Shown one piece after another: positions 16,047 through 17,281 of a stretch of DNA of 17,281 nucleotides (the first letter of the stretch is position 1; each line of letters opens with the position of its first letter). The DNA comes from Candidatus Hermodarchaeota archaeon. Lineage in GTDB: Archaea; Asgardarchaeota; Thorarchaeia; Thorarchaeales; Thorarchaeaceae. The translations under genes were made by a program, and so were the position numbers. The stretch is from NCBI GenBank assembly GCA_048885865.1, contig JBHLLF010000050.1, positions 1-17,281 of the forward strand. The letters run 5' to 3'. Under the pieces are notes generated by a model that worked only from the letters and a program-made list of their open reading frames with translations, was not told the origin of the DNA and did not search any database.

Positions 16047-16733
16047 CTATTCTCTTCTGAGTACTGCCAGCACGAATAGAATTACTACAGTGCCGGTCAT
16101 GACCACTCCTACAATTCCTATTAGTGAATCAAGTGGGAATGGCCAATCAACTCTTTCAACCAGTGAAATCCTGCGCAGTAAAACCAATCCACTCTCTGGC
16201 CAGGTGCTTCTTAAGTAAAGAGTATGAAGTACTCCCGTAGCCCTCAAGTAGATTTCTGCGTAGGTATCTGTTCCTGACCTCGAAGTAACAGTGTAGTTGT
16301 AGCCGATGAGGTTAGGCGTGATAATAATGTCTTGAGTCACGTTTAACTCAGGTTGATCTGACCACCACCCTTCCCAGATGCTGATGATTACACCCCAGTT
16401 CCCAACTGGAAGGACATACCAGCTAGAAGCCCCCTCAATTTGAGTCCCATTTTCGTGGAAACGTGTTGCACCAGGTCGGTCAGGAAGGTCACTCGTTGCA
16501 TTGATATCATCCGGAATGCTCGGCAGACTATCGATTATAACATAGAAATCCTTCTCTTCAGGACTGTCCTGTATCGTGGAATTTGTGTATTCGTGATAGT
16601 CAAACCTACTTCCAACAGTGACACCCCACTGCAGACCCTGATTATTTGCAGCACTCACTGGGGTGACAGCAAAACATAGAACAAACAGCATAGCCATTAA
16701 TTGAAAGGATAAACTCTTGGACATATGTCGCAT
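16047..16733 (-). CDS. Secreted protein with C-terminal membrane anchor, unknown function
   Basis: Signal peptide ending VTPVSA, then NQGLQWGVTVGSRFDY, several N-x-S/T sequons, C-terminal TM and RRE tail. Confidence 0.82.
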   Translation of the reverse strand: MRHMSKSLSFQLMAMLFVLCFAVTPVSAANNQGLQWGVTVGSRFDYHEYTNSTIQDSPEEKDFYVIIDSLPSIPDDINATSDLPDRPGATRFHENGTQIEGASSWYVLPVGNWGVIISIWEGWWSDQPELNVTQDIIITPNLIGYNYTVTSRSGTDTYAEIYLRATGVLHTLYLRSTWPESGLVLLRRISLVERVDWPFPLDSLIGIVGVVMTGTVVILFVLAVLRRE

Positions 16734-16734
16734 C

Positions 16735-17106
16735 TCAACTTACGACTCTGTTGATGTTCCTGTATCTAGATATTGATGGCTCTTTGAAACTATAAACATT
16801 TGTTCCCAATTCGCTTGAGTGCAAAGAGCAAAATGGGCTCCTTCCAGTCTTGTCTAAGAACTGCTCGAAAAGACTAACTGCTTTGCGAATTCCCTCTTGT
16901 ATCTCTGCTTTTTGGCCCTCTGTTTCGCTGAGTTTTTCCTGCAACTCGTTCTTTTGGGTGAGCAAGCCTAGTGCTGATGTGAGTCCGTCTACGAAGAATT
17001 TCACCGCGTATGGCATTGGGATTACGATTGTGTAGGTTGAGAATCCCTCATGAAATGTGAGTAAAAGGGACTTTCCCTTCTGAGAGGGGTTTATCTTTGT
17101 CTTCAT
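16735..17106 (-). CDS. Hypothetical 123-aa protein (beta-hairpin + helical/coiled-coil)
   Basis: MKTKINPSQKGKSLLLTFHEGFSTYTIVIP...NELQEKLSETEGQKAEIQEGIRKAVSLFEQFL. Start set at ATG 17106 because the upstream 57 nt belong to a duplicated non-coding element. Confidence 0.55.
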   Translation of the reverse strand: MKTKINPSQKGKSLLLTFHEGFSTYTIVIPMPYAVKFFVDGLTSALGLLTQKNELQEKLSETEGQKAEIQEGIRKAVSLFEQFLDKTGRSPFCSLHSSELGTNVYSFKEPSISRYRNINRVVS

Positions 17107-17175
17107 TCTGCACACTCGATGGTGGAGGCAGGACTGAGCCTGCACTCCGGTTATTTGAGACATCGATCATCGAGA
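17100..17175 (-). repeat. 76-nt structured leader-like element, family 1, copy B
   Basis: 68/76 identical to 15631-15706; perfect stems CUCGAUG/CAUCGAG, GGAG/CUCC and GCAGG/CCUGC on the minus strand; abuts the start codon of the 123-aa ORF. Confidence 0.85.
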
Positions 17176-17281
17176 TGTTCTTCAAAGCACGGGAACGCAA
17201 ATTGCATTGCTAGTCCCGAATGAAGAGATCTCTCTCACAATTCCAATCAGATGTGGCATTTTATTCTCGTACAAATTCACT

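Noticed and set aside
17100-17175. Resemblance of the family-1 element to eukaryotic tRNA-Sec (GAUGAUC...GUGCAGGCU.CA..CCUG...UCCACC)
   Set aside because: No T-arm (GUUCRA), no D-stem or long variable arm; the loop is 6 nt and copy A lacks UCA.
17161-17281. In-frame TGA upstream of the 16735 ORF as selenocysteine readthrough
   Set aside because: Two TGA codons occur within six codons, there is no redox motif context, and the upstream translations differ between the two copies.
1-17281. CRISPR array, tRNA, rRNA or transposase
   Set aside because: No regularly spaced direct repeats, cloverleaf with T-loop, rRNA-length conserved tract or transposase motifs were seen. The rRNA-like words at 5168-5213 are explained as sRNA guides.

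Overview
Archaeal chromosomal window, most likely an Asgard archaeon of Thorarchaeia type. This is inferred from an MglA-like GTPase plus roadblock pair, rpL35Ae, deoxyhypusine synthase, and the style of the C-terminally anchored surface proteins. The left part (1-7459) is housekeeping: small GTPase C-terminus, roadblock/LC7 protein, cis-prenyltransferase, a 398-aa orphan that appears to be four AAA+-lid/histone-fold-like repeats, ADP-forming acyl-CoA synthetase beta subunit, a LipS1-type radical SAM enzyme, two membrane proteins, rpL35Ae and deoxyhypusine synthase. The right part (7469-17281) is accessory: VOC and DinB genes, a TPR protein, several membrane-anchored surface proteins (SBBP propeller + TSP3-like repeats; beta-helix + cadherin/Ig-like domains) and decayed gene fragments. 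The best signals outside the ORF track are: (i) a double-guide box C/D sRNA at 5156-5227 (-), just downstream of rpL35Ae, with guides complementary to LSU rRNA helix 69 and the following segment (predicted targets A1913 and C1934, E. coli numbering); (ii) two families of duplicated intergenic elements (76 nt and 51 nt) whose differences preserve minus-strand hairpins; (iii) a structured leader with a 5-codon uORF upstream of deoxyhypusine synthase. All calls come from reading the sequence by eye; no searches were run.
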